Source: Felis catus
Taxonomy: Eukaryota
Direction of reading: 5' to 3'
DNA length: 64,000 nt
Assembly (NCBI RefSeq): GCF_018350175.1
Contig: NC_058368.1
Coordinates: forward strand, 149,918,001-149,982,000
Shown: in pieces, positions 40,413 to 54,033 of the stretch
How the letters are laid out: every line of letters begins with the position of its first letter
Numbering within the stretch: the first letter of the stretch is position 1
Position numbers and translations under genes: made by a program
Notes under the pieces: model-generated
The model's database searches: none
The model's input: the letters and a program-made list of their open reading frames with translations, nothing else
What the model was told of the DNA's origin: nothing

Positions 40413-42336
40413 TGAACATGGTCTTATACCAAGCTGCACCCACTAGTACATCTGGTTCATGATGAATAACTTTTGGTGAACGGTTATTTTAAAAGTTTGT
40501 TTTTTGGCAACTTTTTAAAATCTGATTTAGCTATGTAATTAGTTACTATGGCTGCAGCTTTTCATGTCACCAACTGCAAAATTTGGTGGACACTGCTTAC
40601 CCTCTGCCATACAGGTACACTCAATTTAACAAATGTTCATAGAACAGATGCAATAATTACTAGAAACAGTAAAACAAACAAACAGCAGAGGAACTGATTA
40701 TCTTACATCTTCTGGAAGCACAGATGACAGAACTGTGCTTTGGACTTTATTTATTCAAATCAGTTGCTGTGTATTATCACTCTTTAGAGTTTGGGTTTTT
40801 TTCTTTGTGTTTGTTTGCGAGTGAGTTTGGGTCTTTGAGTGGTTTGCTAAGATGTCCAGGAGAAAGCCAAGAGTGGGTTTGTAAGAACAGCTACTTTTGC
40901 CTATGGTTCTTTTAACAGCACATGTCTGCTTTATTTTCATTTATTCATTATTTTATTTGGCTCACTGTTTCATACCTCAGCCTCACTCCAGGACTTAAGA
41001 GGTCTCAGTCTTTGTACTGGTCCTTAGAATCCATTCCCACAAAGTTACCTCACTGATCACATTGCCTGCCAGTGACTTCTGCCTCTCAGAAGGATCACAG
41101 GGCTCCACGCTGACCCAGCAAGCCCTGAGATTCTGATCTGCCAAGTCCTGTCCTGTCCAGGCCTCACACATTACATTCCCTTCTGTAATCACAAGTGTGA
41201 CTTGAAAATTGGTGTTTTTGCATACTTGTATGTGTGAATGCGGTACCTTGCAGCTGCTAGCACATGTACGTGTGTCATTTTTAGGGGACTGGTTCTGCTT
41301 TTCATTTCCCAGAAGTCACTACCATGCAGATTTTCTGAGAAATGTTTGTGTGTAGCAGGTTAATGTTCTGGTTTTTGTCCTTTTTGTTTCCTGTTCTTAT
41401 TCCACGCTGTGATGTTGCCCTTCTTGAGAGGCAATGATGCCAGATAGGAGGATGGACAGGCTGAACACAAGGATTAGAAGGAAGTGGTTTCCTTAGCAAC
41501 AAAAACCTTGCGAGGAAAGCCACACTACTCAGCCACTACTCATGTCTCTCTTCGTCTGGTTTAAATAACACTGAGGTTCTGAATGCTAAGTACATATCTG
41601 ATTCTGAATCATTTCTAGTGGAAATGATAGCAAACTGGCACTGTCTACAAAAACTTGAAAATTTGACAAGTGTGCAACATACTTTTATATGTTAATAGAC
41701 ACCTGCAAAAGTATCTCCTTCCTATTAGCGTGTCATTGCTTTTGCACTTTTTATGACTTGAAGCCGCAAAATAGTTTTCTCTCTCAAAAACAAAGCAGGT
41801 AAAGAATTTGCAAAAATCCAGATTAAAAAAAAAGTTATAAGAAAACTCCCCTTACACCTGTAGTGTTTGCTGTCTATCCCAGTGGTCAAAAATCAATCTG
41901 TGGATTAAATGATAGGGTAAGAAAGTCACTCTAATTTAGTAACTTGATTCTGGTTCTTAGTAGTACTTCATTTTAAGATCTTTAAATTATTCTTTTCTTA
42001 ATTCTGCACTTATTGATATCCTGGCACGAGAGTATTAACATTTGAGTGATGATTAGTCATTAAATGGGAGCTGACACACTGAACTTGGTTCTCCATATTT
42101 ACTGATCAGCACTTAACATTAATAAATATCTCATACCACACAACCAGGCATAAGTTTGGCACCTGAGTATCATACCAGACTTAGTCACAAAACTGTCATT
42201 ATATCTGAACACAACTATTGATGAAGAAAAGATCACTTGCCAAACTATTACCTCTAAAATACCGGTCCATCTTTGAAAGATCAGTTATTATCCATTATTT
42301 TCTTAAAATTTTTGACTTAATAATCATTGGTAACAT

Positions 42337-42681
42337 TGAGTGGAGGAGGGGCACAGAGAGAGGGAGACACAGAATCCAAAGCAGGCTCCAGGCTCTGAGC
42401 TGTCAGCACAGAGCCCGACATGGGGCTCAAACTCACAAACTGCAAGATCATGACCTGAGCCAAAGTCGGACGCTTAACCAGCTGAGCCACCCAGGCACCC
42501 CAGTTTATTTATTTATTTTGAGAGACAGCGAGTGTGGGGGAGAATCAGAGAAGGAAGGAGAGGGAGAATCCCAAGCAGACTCCACACTGTCAGTGCAGGA
42601 CTCATGAACCATGAGATCATGACCTGAGCTGAAATCAAGAAATGGATGCTTAACTGCCTGAGCCACCCAGATAACCCCCCC
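42337..42681 (-). mobile_element. Two tandem Can-SINEs (42337-42500 tail-less; 42503-42681 internally deleted)
   Basis: Two consecutive gagatcatgacctgagc...gagccaccca heads. Confidence 0.88.
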
Positions 42682-42724
42682 AAAAATGTTTCTTATTTGA
42701 GCAAAGCTGGTTAAGAGTATAAAA

Positions 42725-43022
42725 CAATGCTGTCCAATAGAGATATAAGGTGAATAAAATTAAAAAGCCATGTATATAGTTTAACATTTTCTAAAAACTG
42801 TTTTTGTAAAAAGGAAAAAGAAGTGAAATAATGTTTTAAATATCTAAAATATTATTAATACATATAACCAATATAAAATTATTGAGATTTTTACATTTTT
42901 AATACTTCATCTTCAACATCTGACTTGTATTTTACATTTAAGTTTATCTTAGTGTGAACCAGCCTTATTGCCAGTGCTGAACAGCCGCAGGTGGCTCATA
43001 ATTACTGTATTGGATAGCACAG
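42725..43022. mobile_element. MER33-like hAT-Charlie
   Basis: caatgctgtccaataga...gtggctc...tattggatagcacag. Confidence 0.82.
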
Positions 43023-44089
43023 GTATAGAGCATAAAATATCACCAAAGGCATTTGAGGTTCACCTTCTTAAAAGGATGATGACCCTGTAGAAATACTATT
43101 TTTCTTAGTAAGATAACAGAATCCATCTCTTGAGGTGTTTGGAAAAGTTAACAAATTGGCAATGTTTTCTGAATTTAATATTAGGTGCTCCCCAAAAAAG
43201 TGTTTAAACGCTCCTAAGAACTTTCCCAATGTTCTTCCCAGAGACTGTAATTAAGTTGATGGTAATAGATTAGAAACCAGTGGCAAACTTAGTGAATTCT
43301 GTTTTGCCCATGAAATATTCTTGGAAAAAGTTCCTCACAGATTGAGTAGATCGGATTGTGATATTAGCATAATAGAACTGAGAATATCTTGCAGAAACCA
43401 GCTCTTTACTGAATTATTTTATAACTACTATTTTTAGAATGTAAACGTACACAGTGTGGATCCGCGGTGACTGAAATGAGGAAATTGTAAAGTCTTCTAA
43501 AGGAGGTTTCATTCCAGTCTCCTTGATTACAGAGAGATACTTCCTTCTCAGAATGCTATTCCAGCGAAGAAAAAGAGAAAGGGAGGAAAGGAATGGTTTA
43601 GCTTTGCCAACTGGCTGAATTAAGCAAATTTATTTTTCTCCCAATTTCCTGTAATATTTACAAACCATTTTCAGAAAACCTAGGTAGCAAGGACACAACT
43701 AATTTTTGAATAATTTCCATGGATGAAGATATCCTAAAGATTTTTGGAATAAATAAGGAACTATTATGTGATCTCACAAACTAATTTATAAGCTTTCCAT
43801 TTTTAAAGAAATTCAAGACAAGTGTTTCATTTGGAGATTCTACCCCCTATCATTTATTAATACTGTCATTAGCCCAACTGGATTCCTGAATGTATACTGT
43901 CACTAGACAACTTAAGCCTAGACTGTAAATAGTTAACAGTAACCTATTTGTGAATTAAAGTGAAAAACCATACATTACACAATGGGTGAGATTAATGGGA
44001 GAACTAGACTTCTACATGTAAGGATCAGAGTAGCTTTTTGGGATACAGAAGCAAGGAGCAACAAATAACTTATGGCACATTACCAGGAA

Positions 44090-44460
44090 ACAATCATTTA
44101 ACTCATTGAGCCAATAAATATTTTTAGAACTACCATATGCAAATTACTTGACTTAGATGCAATAGGAACTCAAAGACAAATCACATGTGAATTCTGCATT
44201 TAAGGATTTATAAGTTAGTGGATGAGAAAACACCATAAAGAGCTATAATGGAGGCTTAAGAATCTTGAGATCTAAAGAAGAAAGATAAGGTTTAAGGGTA
44301 GAGGCTATTATTGTCAGGAAAGGAGTCAGAGCAGCGACTTAGAGGAAGCAGACTTGGACTGGTCCCTGATGGAAGGGTTTAGTCTCACGAAAGAAGCAGA
44401 GGGCACTGAGGGAGAGAAACTACGAGCAAAGGGAAGACTCCTGAGGGAACACAAGAAAAC
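44090..44460 (-). mobile_element. L2 remnant
   Basis: tcatttaactcatt...aaatattttta...ctaccatatgc...tctgcatttaaggatttata. Confidence 0.5.
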
Positions 44461-44950
44461 TTTGATTCAGAAGTGATAATATATGTTCCTGCATTGCTCA
44501 AGGATTATGTTCTGCATGGAAAGAAATTTTCACATATTAATAATGGTGATTCTATGCAGTTTTTCAGCATCGGTTCAGATTTTTTAACTAAGAAGTTACT
44601 TTCGATCATAGCTTGCAGTAAAATAAATTCTATGTGCAAATCATAAGCATGTGCCTCTGTCTCAAGTTTTGTGCTATTTCAGGAAATCAGATTCATTAAT
44701 TAACTCACTGGTTTTGCCCATATAGGTGTTACTGGCATTAATATTTGCCAGCATAAAGAAAAATTATTTACGTAAAATGGAAAAGAGAGATTAGTTAAAA
44801 TAATATGAATTATAATTTGATGTTATCAGTAAAAAGTATAGGCAATTTCTTATCCAGTAAATTTTGGTCTTATGTATTTTTTCTGATATTTTACTTACAT
44901 GATGTCTATAGCAGGTCTACAGGCACTTTCCTTAGTGATTTGTTATAAAT

Positions 44951-45186
44951 ATTTTTAAACACCTGTTTATTTTTGAGAGAGAGAGAAGCAGGGGAGGGGC
45001 AGAGAGAGAGGGAGACACAGAAGCAATAGCAGGCTCTAGGCTCTGAGCTATCAGCACAGAGCCGGACTGTGGGGCTCAAACTCACAAACCATGAGATCGT
45101 GACATGAGCCGAAGTCAGACACTCAACTGACTGTTTTAATGTTTGTTTACTTTTGAGAGAGAGAGAGCGTGAGCAGGGGAAGGGCA
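44951..45186 (-). mobile_element. Head-truncated Can-SINE (to 45133) fused to a second SINE tail fragment (45134-45186)
   Basis: ...actcaactgactg|ttttaatgtttgtttacttttgagag...gggaagggca| then unrelated sequence. Confidence 0.88.
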
Positions 45187-45445
45187 ATATGGGATTGCTG
45201 GAGAGTTCATTTCAACTAGTGGAGGACTAGAGTTGATGGATATGCCCTAGCCTCCTATATATCAAGAGATAGTTGTAAGGTTATGATTTCGCAGTGGGTC
45301 ACCAGCTGGAGCACCCCTGGATACAAGACTAACTAGTTCCCTAACACACCCTTTGCTGACTTTCTGGTTTTTTTCTGGCTCTCCACTCTCACTCCCAAAT
45401 AAACCACTTGTACTCGTCAGGCTCTAATTTATGAAAGAACCACAT
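45187..45445 (+). mobile_element. ERVL-type LTR 3' fragment (LTR16/33-like)
   Basis: taacacaccctttgctgactttc...ctcccaaataaaccacttgtactc...caggctct. Confidence 0.55.
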
Positions 45446-45747
45446 ATCACCATTCTTAAAAGGAATTAGGCACTTAAAAAAAAATTAGGTTCAGTAACAA
45501 GGTGACTAAAGAACTTCCATCAGGGCCCATCAACAGAACGCTGAGAAAATCAGAACCCTGTGTATAAAAATGGATTATAATCAAAATATTAACTTATGTA
45601 TCATTGGTCTTAAAGCTGGAATATACTTCCTAACAAAAACACATCACAATGATGGCTAAATTCCCGGTTAACAGAAATGAATTAAGCTCACAAATAACAG
45701 AAAAAAATTAAGTAATAAATGTAACTCATCCTATTTTATGAAGCACA

Positions 45748-46368
45748 TATCATTAGTGTGCAGGGGCTGCCATAATAAATACCAGACTGGGGGGCTTAAA
45801 CAAGAGAAATGTATTTTCCCACAGTTTGGGGGGCCAGAAGTCTGAGACCAAGGTGTTGGCACGGTTGGTATCTTCTGAAGCCTCCCTCCTTAGCTTTTAA
45901 ATGACTGTCTTCTCCCTGTGTCTTCATATTTTCTTCCTTCTGTGCACACCTGAGTCCTAATCTCCTCTTCTGATGAAAACACAAGTCATATTGAGTTAGG
46001 TTCCTCCCTAATGACTTTATTTTGACTTAATTACCTCTGTAAAGACCTTGCCTCTGAATACAATCACATTCCTAAATTTTTTTTAATGTTTACTTATTTT
46101 TGAGAGAGAGACAGCACACGAGCAGGGTAAGGGCAGGGAGAGAGGGAGACACAGAATCTGAAGCAGGCTCCAGGCTCTGAGCTGTCAGCACAGAGCCCAC
46201 TGTAGGACTCAAACTCACGAACTGCAAGGTCATGACCTGAGTTGAAGTCAGGCGCTTAACCCACTGAGCTACCCAGGTGCCCCCAGAACAATCACATTCT
46301 GAAGTACTTGGGGTTAGGGCTCCAACATACAAATTTGAGGAGAAGGACACAATTCAGCCCATAATACA
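45748..46368 (-). mobile_element. MaLR LTR (MLT1-like) interrupted by Can-SINE 46077-46284
   Basis: ggctgccataataaataccagactggggggcttaaa...ggccagaagtctgagaccaaggtgttggca...aattcagcccataataca; SINE TSD acaatcacattc. Confidence 0.9.
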
Positions 46369-46419
46369 CCTTTATCTTTAAACTTTTAGTTTTCAACTCT
46401 TTGATAAATGTTAAGTAAT

Positions 46420-46972
46420 CAAATAAACAATGAAATCACATCAACTAAAGAATTAGAACATTGTAAATACCTTTGAAACCATTTGTGGTCTCCCTCCCTC
46501 GCCTAACCCCATCCTTCCCTCCAAGAAGTAGACACTAACCTGAATTTTATCAATTACTTGCTTCTTTTATAATCACATATGAATGCATACTTAAGCAATG
46601 CATTGTGTTTTTGAACTTTACAAAAAGAGTAATGATTTGGGACACCTGGGCGGCTCAGTCAGTTAATCATCTGACTCTTGATTTTGGCTCAGGTAGTGAT
46701 CTCAGGGTTTCTGTGTTCAAGCCCCACATCAGGGTCTGTGCTAGATGTGCAAAATAAATAAATAAATTTTCTTAATATAAATAAATAAAATAAATAAATA
46801 AAATAAATTAATTAATTAATTTAATTAAATAAATACAGTACAAATAAATAAATTATTTGTATTTATTAAATAAATGCATAAATAAGTCAGACACTCAACT
46901 GACTGTTTTAATATTTGTTTAGTTTTGAGAGAGAGAGAGCGTGAGCAGGGGAAGGGCAATATGGGATCGCCA

Positions 46973-47007
<35 letters not shown>

Positions 47008-48200
47008 AAACTTAAAAATAAAAAAAATAATATATATTATTATTCAAAATAAATAATAAATAAATAAATAAATAAATAAAATAAATGAAATAAATAAATA
47101 AAATAAAAATAAATAAAATAAATAAATAAATACTCAAAATAAATAAATAAAACTTAAAACATAAAAAAATAGTACTGCTTTGTGTATGTCTTACGGGACT
47201 TGCTTTTACGTCTCAGTATCTAAGATTCTTCCACACAGAAGTAGGTATGGTTCATTCATTTCACTGTTTTCTAAGATCACATTAAGTGATTCCACTAATA
47301 CATAACTGTTCATTCTCCTGTTGATAGGATTTAGCTTTTCAGGCTTTTGGTTATTAATTATAATGCTGTTGTTGTACATATCTCTTTCACATGTGTAAGA
47401 GAGATGCTCTATACCCAGGAGTTCAATTGCTGAATTGTAGGTAATGTGATTACTTACCTTTACAGGATGACACTAAATTGTTTTCTTAAAGTGATGGTGC
47501 CAATTTATGGTCCCAACAAGTGTCTCAGATTCCTTGATCATGTGTATTGTGGCCAGTACAGGATATTGTCACGTTTGTAAATTTATGCCAATGTAGATGT
47601 CAAATGATAGGAAATTGTGTTTCTAATTTACATTTTCCTGACAACTAATAATTATTATGAGTCTCTTATGTTTATGAGCTATTCATGTTTTCTCTTCTAT
47701 TAAAATGCTTCTGTGAAATGCTTCTTTTTATTTTTTCACCCACTTTTCTACTCAGCTTTTTTTGTCTTTTTTATTTATGACTTTTTTCTGTACCTGAAAA
47801 ATGGATTTCTGGAATGGAATGGAATTCTGTTCCATTTATGTCTATATTTGTGGCAGTTGTCATATCTTTTTATTTGCATGTATTTTGAACAGAAATTCTT
47901 AATTTTGATGTAGTTGAATTTAGCACTCCCTTGTTTTCTAACTATTGTTTTTGTGTGTCCAAAAAATTCTTCCCTATCCTGACTTTATGTTTTTCTCCTA
48001 AACCTTTGTCTCATACATGTTGCTTTTTATGTCTTGTTTTCCTCTCCTGATGTTGTAACTGTATTTCCTTTAAAATGTTTATGGTCTATTCCTCACATTT
48101 ATATCTTTATTGCTTAGGTAATTGACTTTTGGGTATGGTATGAGGTAGGGACCAAATTCCATTGTCCTTCTGCATAAATAATAAATTGTCCTATCAATGT
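46420..48200 (-). mobile_element. Old L1 (L1ME/MC-like) 3' region
   Basis: tatacccaggagttcaattgctgaattgtagg, tacattttcctgacaactaat, tatggtatgaggtaggg. Confidence 0.7.
46639..47165 (+). mobile_element. Can-SINE whose CT-rich body is replaced by an AT-rich patchwork
   Basis: Head 46639-~46750, then (AAAT)n-like mosaic; diverged TSD AAAAA(G/T)AGTA(A/C)TG(A/C)TTTG. Confidence 0.85.
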
Positions 48201-49779
48201 TAGAATAAAGTCACCATTTTGCTTTTGTACCTATTGCTAAACATTTCAATTGAAACTAAAACTTCAGAAAGAGGAGGAAGTAGATAAGTTGTCATAAGAA
48301 TATAAGTATATAGTTAGTAGCCAATCAGCCATTTTGCTAGGTCAACAGGTACTGGAGCCTATAAAGGAGAAGGAAGAATGATTTGTACTGTAAAGACAAG
48401 CATCCTTCAATGCTGTGTTGAAAGGGAGACTGTAGAAGAAAAAAAGGTTAAGTGTATTCATTCAGGGTGAAGATAGTGAGATGAACCTTGTATTGGAATC
48501 ATTTATAATACACAGGACCTTCACAAGCATGAATATGTAATCAGAAACCATCTGACCTTGATTTTAAAAATCTACATGCTTTTAAGAAAACCTTTATCTA
48601 CTGTCTCATTTAATTCTTTCATCTTGTCAGACATATATATAAGACAAAGAGAAATTCAGTCACTTCCCAAAAGACACATGGTGACTTGGGGACAAAGCTG
48701 TGCATATGGTTCAGGTTAGATGTGTCAGAGTAGTAAACTTAGAACCAAAAAAATAAAAAATAAAAAATAAAAAAAAAGACAGGGACACAATTTCTTTTTA
48801 AATACATCAACACAGTTTGAATACTTTTTTGGACTATTCTTTATTTTCTAAATGTGTGGAAATGTAAACCACTAGTCTGATACCAAAAAAAAAAAAAATG
48901 TATTTTGAAAATTTTGTTCTTTATGCCTACCCCAAGAAAGGTTAAGCCTAGAGATAATTTCTTCTATCATATTCCTAGCATGAGTGGATTTCCTCATTTA
49001 AAGCTTATCAGTTTGTGTCACTGTAGAAAACATTAGCAATGAAATATTCCTCTCTTGATAAGCAAGTTGAACTTTCTCACCTCCAGTTAGCATGAATAGG
49101 TTTGTTTGGCTACTAACGAATAATAGTTTGAGGAGAGCATAAAAGAGTAACCAAAAAAAAAAAAATCCGAGTAGTGTTTACCTTCACTAGGCTTCTTTTA
49201 TAGTTGATAAAATGTTACAAAACTCACAAGCTATGATCCATGAATTTATGACTTGGAGTTCTGTAACTGTATTTTCCCTTGTAGAAGAAAAAAAGACAAT
49301 AGGTACAATAATTTGTCTTATAGACAGAATTTTCATTCTTTTACAGCTGTGTTCTGTCTAATATGTGGGTTACAGCACTTGGCTGCCAGGAAATTATTTC
49401 TCAGAATATCTGCAAAAACAACTTTGCATCAGGAGCTTGGAATTCTGGAGAAATATTCTTCATTTTTTGAAACAAAATTATACTACAAATGGCTATTTAG
49501 CCATCAATTTCTCGAGTTTATGAAGTTGTGTTCAAATGGTTTCTGAATTTTTTGCATCCTCAAAACTTGACTCTCTCTTAACAATGATGCTATATTGGAT
49601 AAGAGAAAAAACCACAGAGTGAGGACAGATATTTTTATGGAGAAGAACACGATGGAGCAAAAGGGAATCACATTGGTAAGAGTTTATCTTTAAATAAAAA
49701 TTATAATAAGAGCATTACATAAAAATGTTGGTCTTGTAATCCCACTTCAATAATCTCTTTCATTCTCATCAATAAAAAA

Positions 49780-51290
49780 GTCCCCAAGTTTATTGAAGTG
49801 AAATTGACACACAATAAATGTATGAGTTTTCACAAATACATATGCCCATGTAACCACCACAATCAAGATACAGAAGATTTCAGAAATTCCAAAAGATTCC
49901 CTGTATTCCTCCTTTACAAGTTCCTCCTTTGCCCTCTGACCCCAGGCTACCAGTGTTCTTTCTGTCACTAGAGATAAAATTTGCCTTTTTTAGAGTTTCA
50001 TATAAATGAATCAAAAGGTACATAGTCTTTTATTTTTAAAGTCTTTCCCTCAGAACAATGTTTTTGATATTAATCCAGGTTGCTGAATGTTATCAGAAGT
50101 TTATCCCTTTTTTATTGCTAAGTAGTATTCTATTATATAGCTAGCATAATCTATGTACGCATTTATGGACAGTGCTCTGTTCTGACTTAGGGTTATTATG
50201 GATAAATCTATAGAATTTCATAAACAGCTCTTTTCATTGCTGTTGGGTGAATATCCAAGAGTAAAAGTGCTGGGTCAGTTGATACATAGATGTTTAACTT
50301 TATAAGAAACTACCCAACAGTTTCCCACAGTGACTGTACCACTCTACACCTGAACTAATAATGTATGAAAATCCTTACTCCATATTCTTGCTTTGTATTA
50401 TACTGTGTATTATCAGTTTTAAAATATTTTACCTATGCTATGGAGTTTGCGTTTATATCTCATTGTTGTTTTAATTTGCTTTTCACTAATGACTAAGGGT
50501 AGCTTTTTAATTCTTCTTTTGCCATCTATTTCTTTTGTGAAAATTCTGTTAAAATCTTTGCCTAATTTTAACCAGATTGCTTCTGTTCTTATTACTGAAT
50601 TTTAAGATTTTTTTGTATATCTGGATCTGGTCTTTAAATATACTTCTTACAAATATTTTCTCTCAGTGTGGTATTTTGTTTTTTAAAAATTTTTTTTTCA
50701 ATGTTTATTTATTTTTGGGATAGAGAGAGACAGAGCATGAACGGGGGAGGGGCAGAGAGAGAGAGGGAGACACAGAATCGGAGACAGGCTCCAGGCTCTG
50801 AGCCATCAGCCCAGAGCCCGATGCGGGGCTCGAACTCACAGACCGCGAGATCGTGACCTGGCTGAAGTCGGACGCTTAAGCGACTGCGCCACCCAGGCGC
50901 CCCTAATTGTGTCTATTGTTGAGTAGAAATTTAAAATTTTCATAATATCCATTTTTGGGGGTTTTTTATATGCTTTGTACTTTTTCATCCTAAAAAATTT
51001 TCACCAACCTTAAGGTTGCAAATATTTTCTTCTGTTTTCTTCCAGAAGCTTTATAATTTTAGAGTTTATGTTTTGTTCTATGTTCCATTTAAAATTAATT
51101 GTTATGTACCACATTTAGGGACAAGGATCACGGTTCATTTTTCTATCCAGTTGTTCCAACACCATTTGTTGAAAATACTATCCTTTCTTCATTGGTTACT
51201 TTCACGTGTTATTGAAAACTAACAGGGTATATGGTGGGGGCCAATTTTTTGCATTTCAATATAATTTTATAAATCATTATAAACTAGTCT
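49780..51290 (-). mobile_element. Old L1 (L1MB/MC-like) 3' region
   Basis: taaccaccacaatcaagatacagaa, gtttaactttataagaaact, ccagttgttccaacaccatttgttgaaaa. Confidence 0.8.
50690..50903 (-). mobile_element. Young felid Can-SINE
   Basis: CpG-rich, near consensus (gaccgcgagatcgtgacctggctgaagtcggacgc...ccaggcgcccc). Confidence 0.97.
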
Positions 51291-51296
51291 ATAGAT

Positions 51297-52000
51297 CAAT
51301 GCATACCAATGGGATATAATGTGTCTTAGCCTGTTCAGGCTGCAATAACAAAATCCCACAGACTGAATGGCTTATAAAGAACAGAAATACGTTTTTCACC
51401 GCTCTGGAGGCTGGAAGTTCAAGATCAGCGTGTCTGCATGGTCAGTTTCTGTGTTTGGTGGGGTCCTCCATCCAGTTTATGAGCAGTAGTATCCCACCTA
51501 ATTTCACATGGCAGAAGGTGTGAGAAAGCTTTCACAGGTGGGTTTTATAAGGGCGCTAATCCCATTCATGAGGGCTCAGCTTTAATCATCTCCCAGAGGC
51601 CTCACATCCTAATGCCATCACCTTGGGCATAGGAATCGGGGGTCAGTCAGCAGGGAAAGGAGGAGAACACAAATATTCAGACCATGGTACAATTCAAGCC
51701 AAAATATATGAGGAACATACATAATTTAAATTTTTCTGGTAGCTACACTAAAAAGGTAAAAAATTAAACCCAAGAAATTATGTTTATTTAACTCAATATA
51801 CAAAAGTATTTTCCTTGCAAAATGTTATCAATATGAAAGTATTGATGTGAAAATTTACATTCATTTTTGGCACTAGGTCATCAAAATCTGGGGTGTGTTT
51901 GTACTTACAGCATATCTTAATGTAGACTAGCCAGATATCCAGTATTCAATAGCATTATGTGATTACGTGGCTAACGGCTACCATTCTGGACAATTTATTT
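51297..52000. mobile_element. MER33-like hAT element interrupted by MLT1A-like LTR (~51320-51692, minus)
   Basis: LTR: tgtgtcttagcctgttcaggctgcaataacaaaa...ggaggctggaagttcaagatca...attcagaccat; MER33 halves either side; (c/t)tatagat duplicated at the flanks. Confidence 0.78.
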
Positions 52001-53515
52001 ATAGATCAATTTGGAGGAAAACTGACAGATTAACAGCATTTAGTTGTTAATATTCATGATTACATTTTAATATATTAAGTTGTTATTTTCATTAAGTTGA
52101 AAATACTTAATTTCTGTGAGTTTTGGGAAGGTGGAGTAGCAGGATCCTGAGCCCAGCTTGGCCCACGGACACACTGAGACAACAGTTACATCTATGTGAC
52201 TACCAGTGAAAATGACCTGAAGACTAGCAGAGCAGACTTTCCAAAGTCAATCATTGAGAAAGGCTGCACTGGAAAGGGTAGGAGCAGTGGACACATGCAT
52301 GGAAACCAAAGCCGTGGCATGACTAGCCACAAACAGGAGGGATACTACCAGCACAGAGAAGCAAGAGTATCAGATGCCAGACAAGGAACTCCTGACACCG
52401 GGGATACAATTGGCAAGACCAGTCCCCATTATGTCTGGCTTTGAAAACCAGCATGGCCTAACTCTGGAAGCTTTAAAAATCAGCAAGCTTAATTCTGGGA
52501 GAGCAGGACAGCTACAGGAAACTAAGCTCCCACCCTTCAAGAGTCAGCACACTAAATAACTCAGCCTGAGAAATGTTACAGAAGCAGAAACGAGCCTGGG
52601 GTGTATGTGAAGGAAATATATTCACTTATCTTAATCTCAGAACCTGTCTTGGAGCAACAGGGATCAGCAGTAGATTTCTCTGGGAACAAAATACTACTGG
52701 GCACCATTTCTCTTCCCCTTCCCTAGCCTAGACAGATGGACACTTAGAATAGCCTGCCCTAATAACATATGCCCCACCCTGGCATTTTCCTGTGGACCTG
52801 CCCCATCCAACCCAACAGTCTAGGCAGACATCCCTTCAAAGTGCCTCCTGCTCTGGGGAGAGGGGAAGATAAGCCCATATCAGCATGCCTGCAGTTCCTG
52901 TAGCTGAACATCACAGATGGCCATGCAGGCAGCAAGCCCTGCCCTTTGATGTGTCTTCAGTTGTGACAGAGAGGCTAATTGCAGACAGCTCTCCCATCCA
53001 CAAGCACACAGCTACTGTAGGTAAGTCTCTCAAAAGTGTGGAAAGCAACCCCTGGCCAGTGCACCCACAGCAGGCAAAGCAGGTCACTGCACCTGGCTGG
53101 GCTAAAGGCAGCCATGGCTTGGCCACAACAGAACGACACATGCAGCCCACAAAGGAGACACCATTGCTGTGCCTGGTTCTGGTGACCAGGAAGAGTTGCT
53201 CTATAGGGCACCACAGAACCTCTTTGCATAAGGCCACTACTTTTAACACCAGGAGATATGGCAGAACTACCTAACACAGAATTAGACAAAATTATGAGCC
53301 AGAGGAATTTGTCAGAAATGAAAGAATGACAAAATTATAGTGAAAGAGCTAACTGAAACATATGAGAAGTACATCTGTTAAATAATTCAAAGTAATGGTC
53401 ATAAAATACTTGCTGGACTTGAGAAAAGAGTGGACAGAAAATATAAAAAAAAACAGAGTTGAAGAATTCAACAACTGAAATAGAAAATAAACTAGGGGAA
53501 ATCAATAGATTAGTG

Positions 53516-54033
53516 TGTTGGGGTTATTACTGAGGATGATGAGATTATACACATTGCTTGGCTAGCTAAAATGTAACAGAGAAATTTCTGGTGGGCTGCA
53601 GTTAAGCTCAGGAGGGGCATGGGTAACCACCCTGAGGAATGCCCTGGGGTACCAGCCCTCCCAGGTGTTTCTGCTGTCCTTGGGGAACAATGTATACATT
53701 GTATACAATATATACATTGTATACAAAGTTTAGAAAAACAATAGAACACATAGACTCTTGCTGCAAATCTCTGATTTGTCTCTTGTGATTGTGCACTGTT
53801 AAGTCATGCACCCCCTGGTTTCACAAGCCTGAAATGTTAAACGCCCTCTGTATACAACAAGCCAACTGAAATCTGTGATTGGCCTGCAATAAATCAGAGT
53901 ACTTACTAGTGAGGTGAACCAGGTGTTGGATCTTCATCTGCGATCGTTGACCCCCATGTCTTCTCCTCTCTTTCGGAGCCAAGGGTGGAGTAATCTCATT
54001 TGTTGGTACAGAGTTTGCTGTCCCTTCTCAGCA
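53516..54033 (+). mobile_element. ERV solo LTR (518 bp) with 6-bp TSD, inserted in L1 ORF1
   Basis: TTAGTG|TGTTGGGG...TCTCAGCA|TTAGTG; AATAAA at ~53888. Confidence 0.85.

Noticed and set aside
52885..53289. Overlapping 104-129 aa ORFs
   Set aside because: Lie in the GC-richer L1 5'UTR; no domain or splice support.
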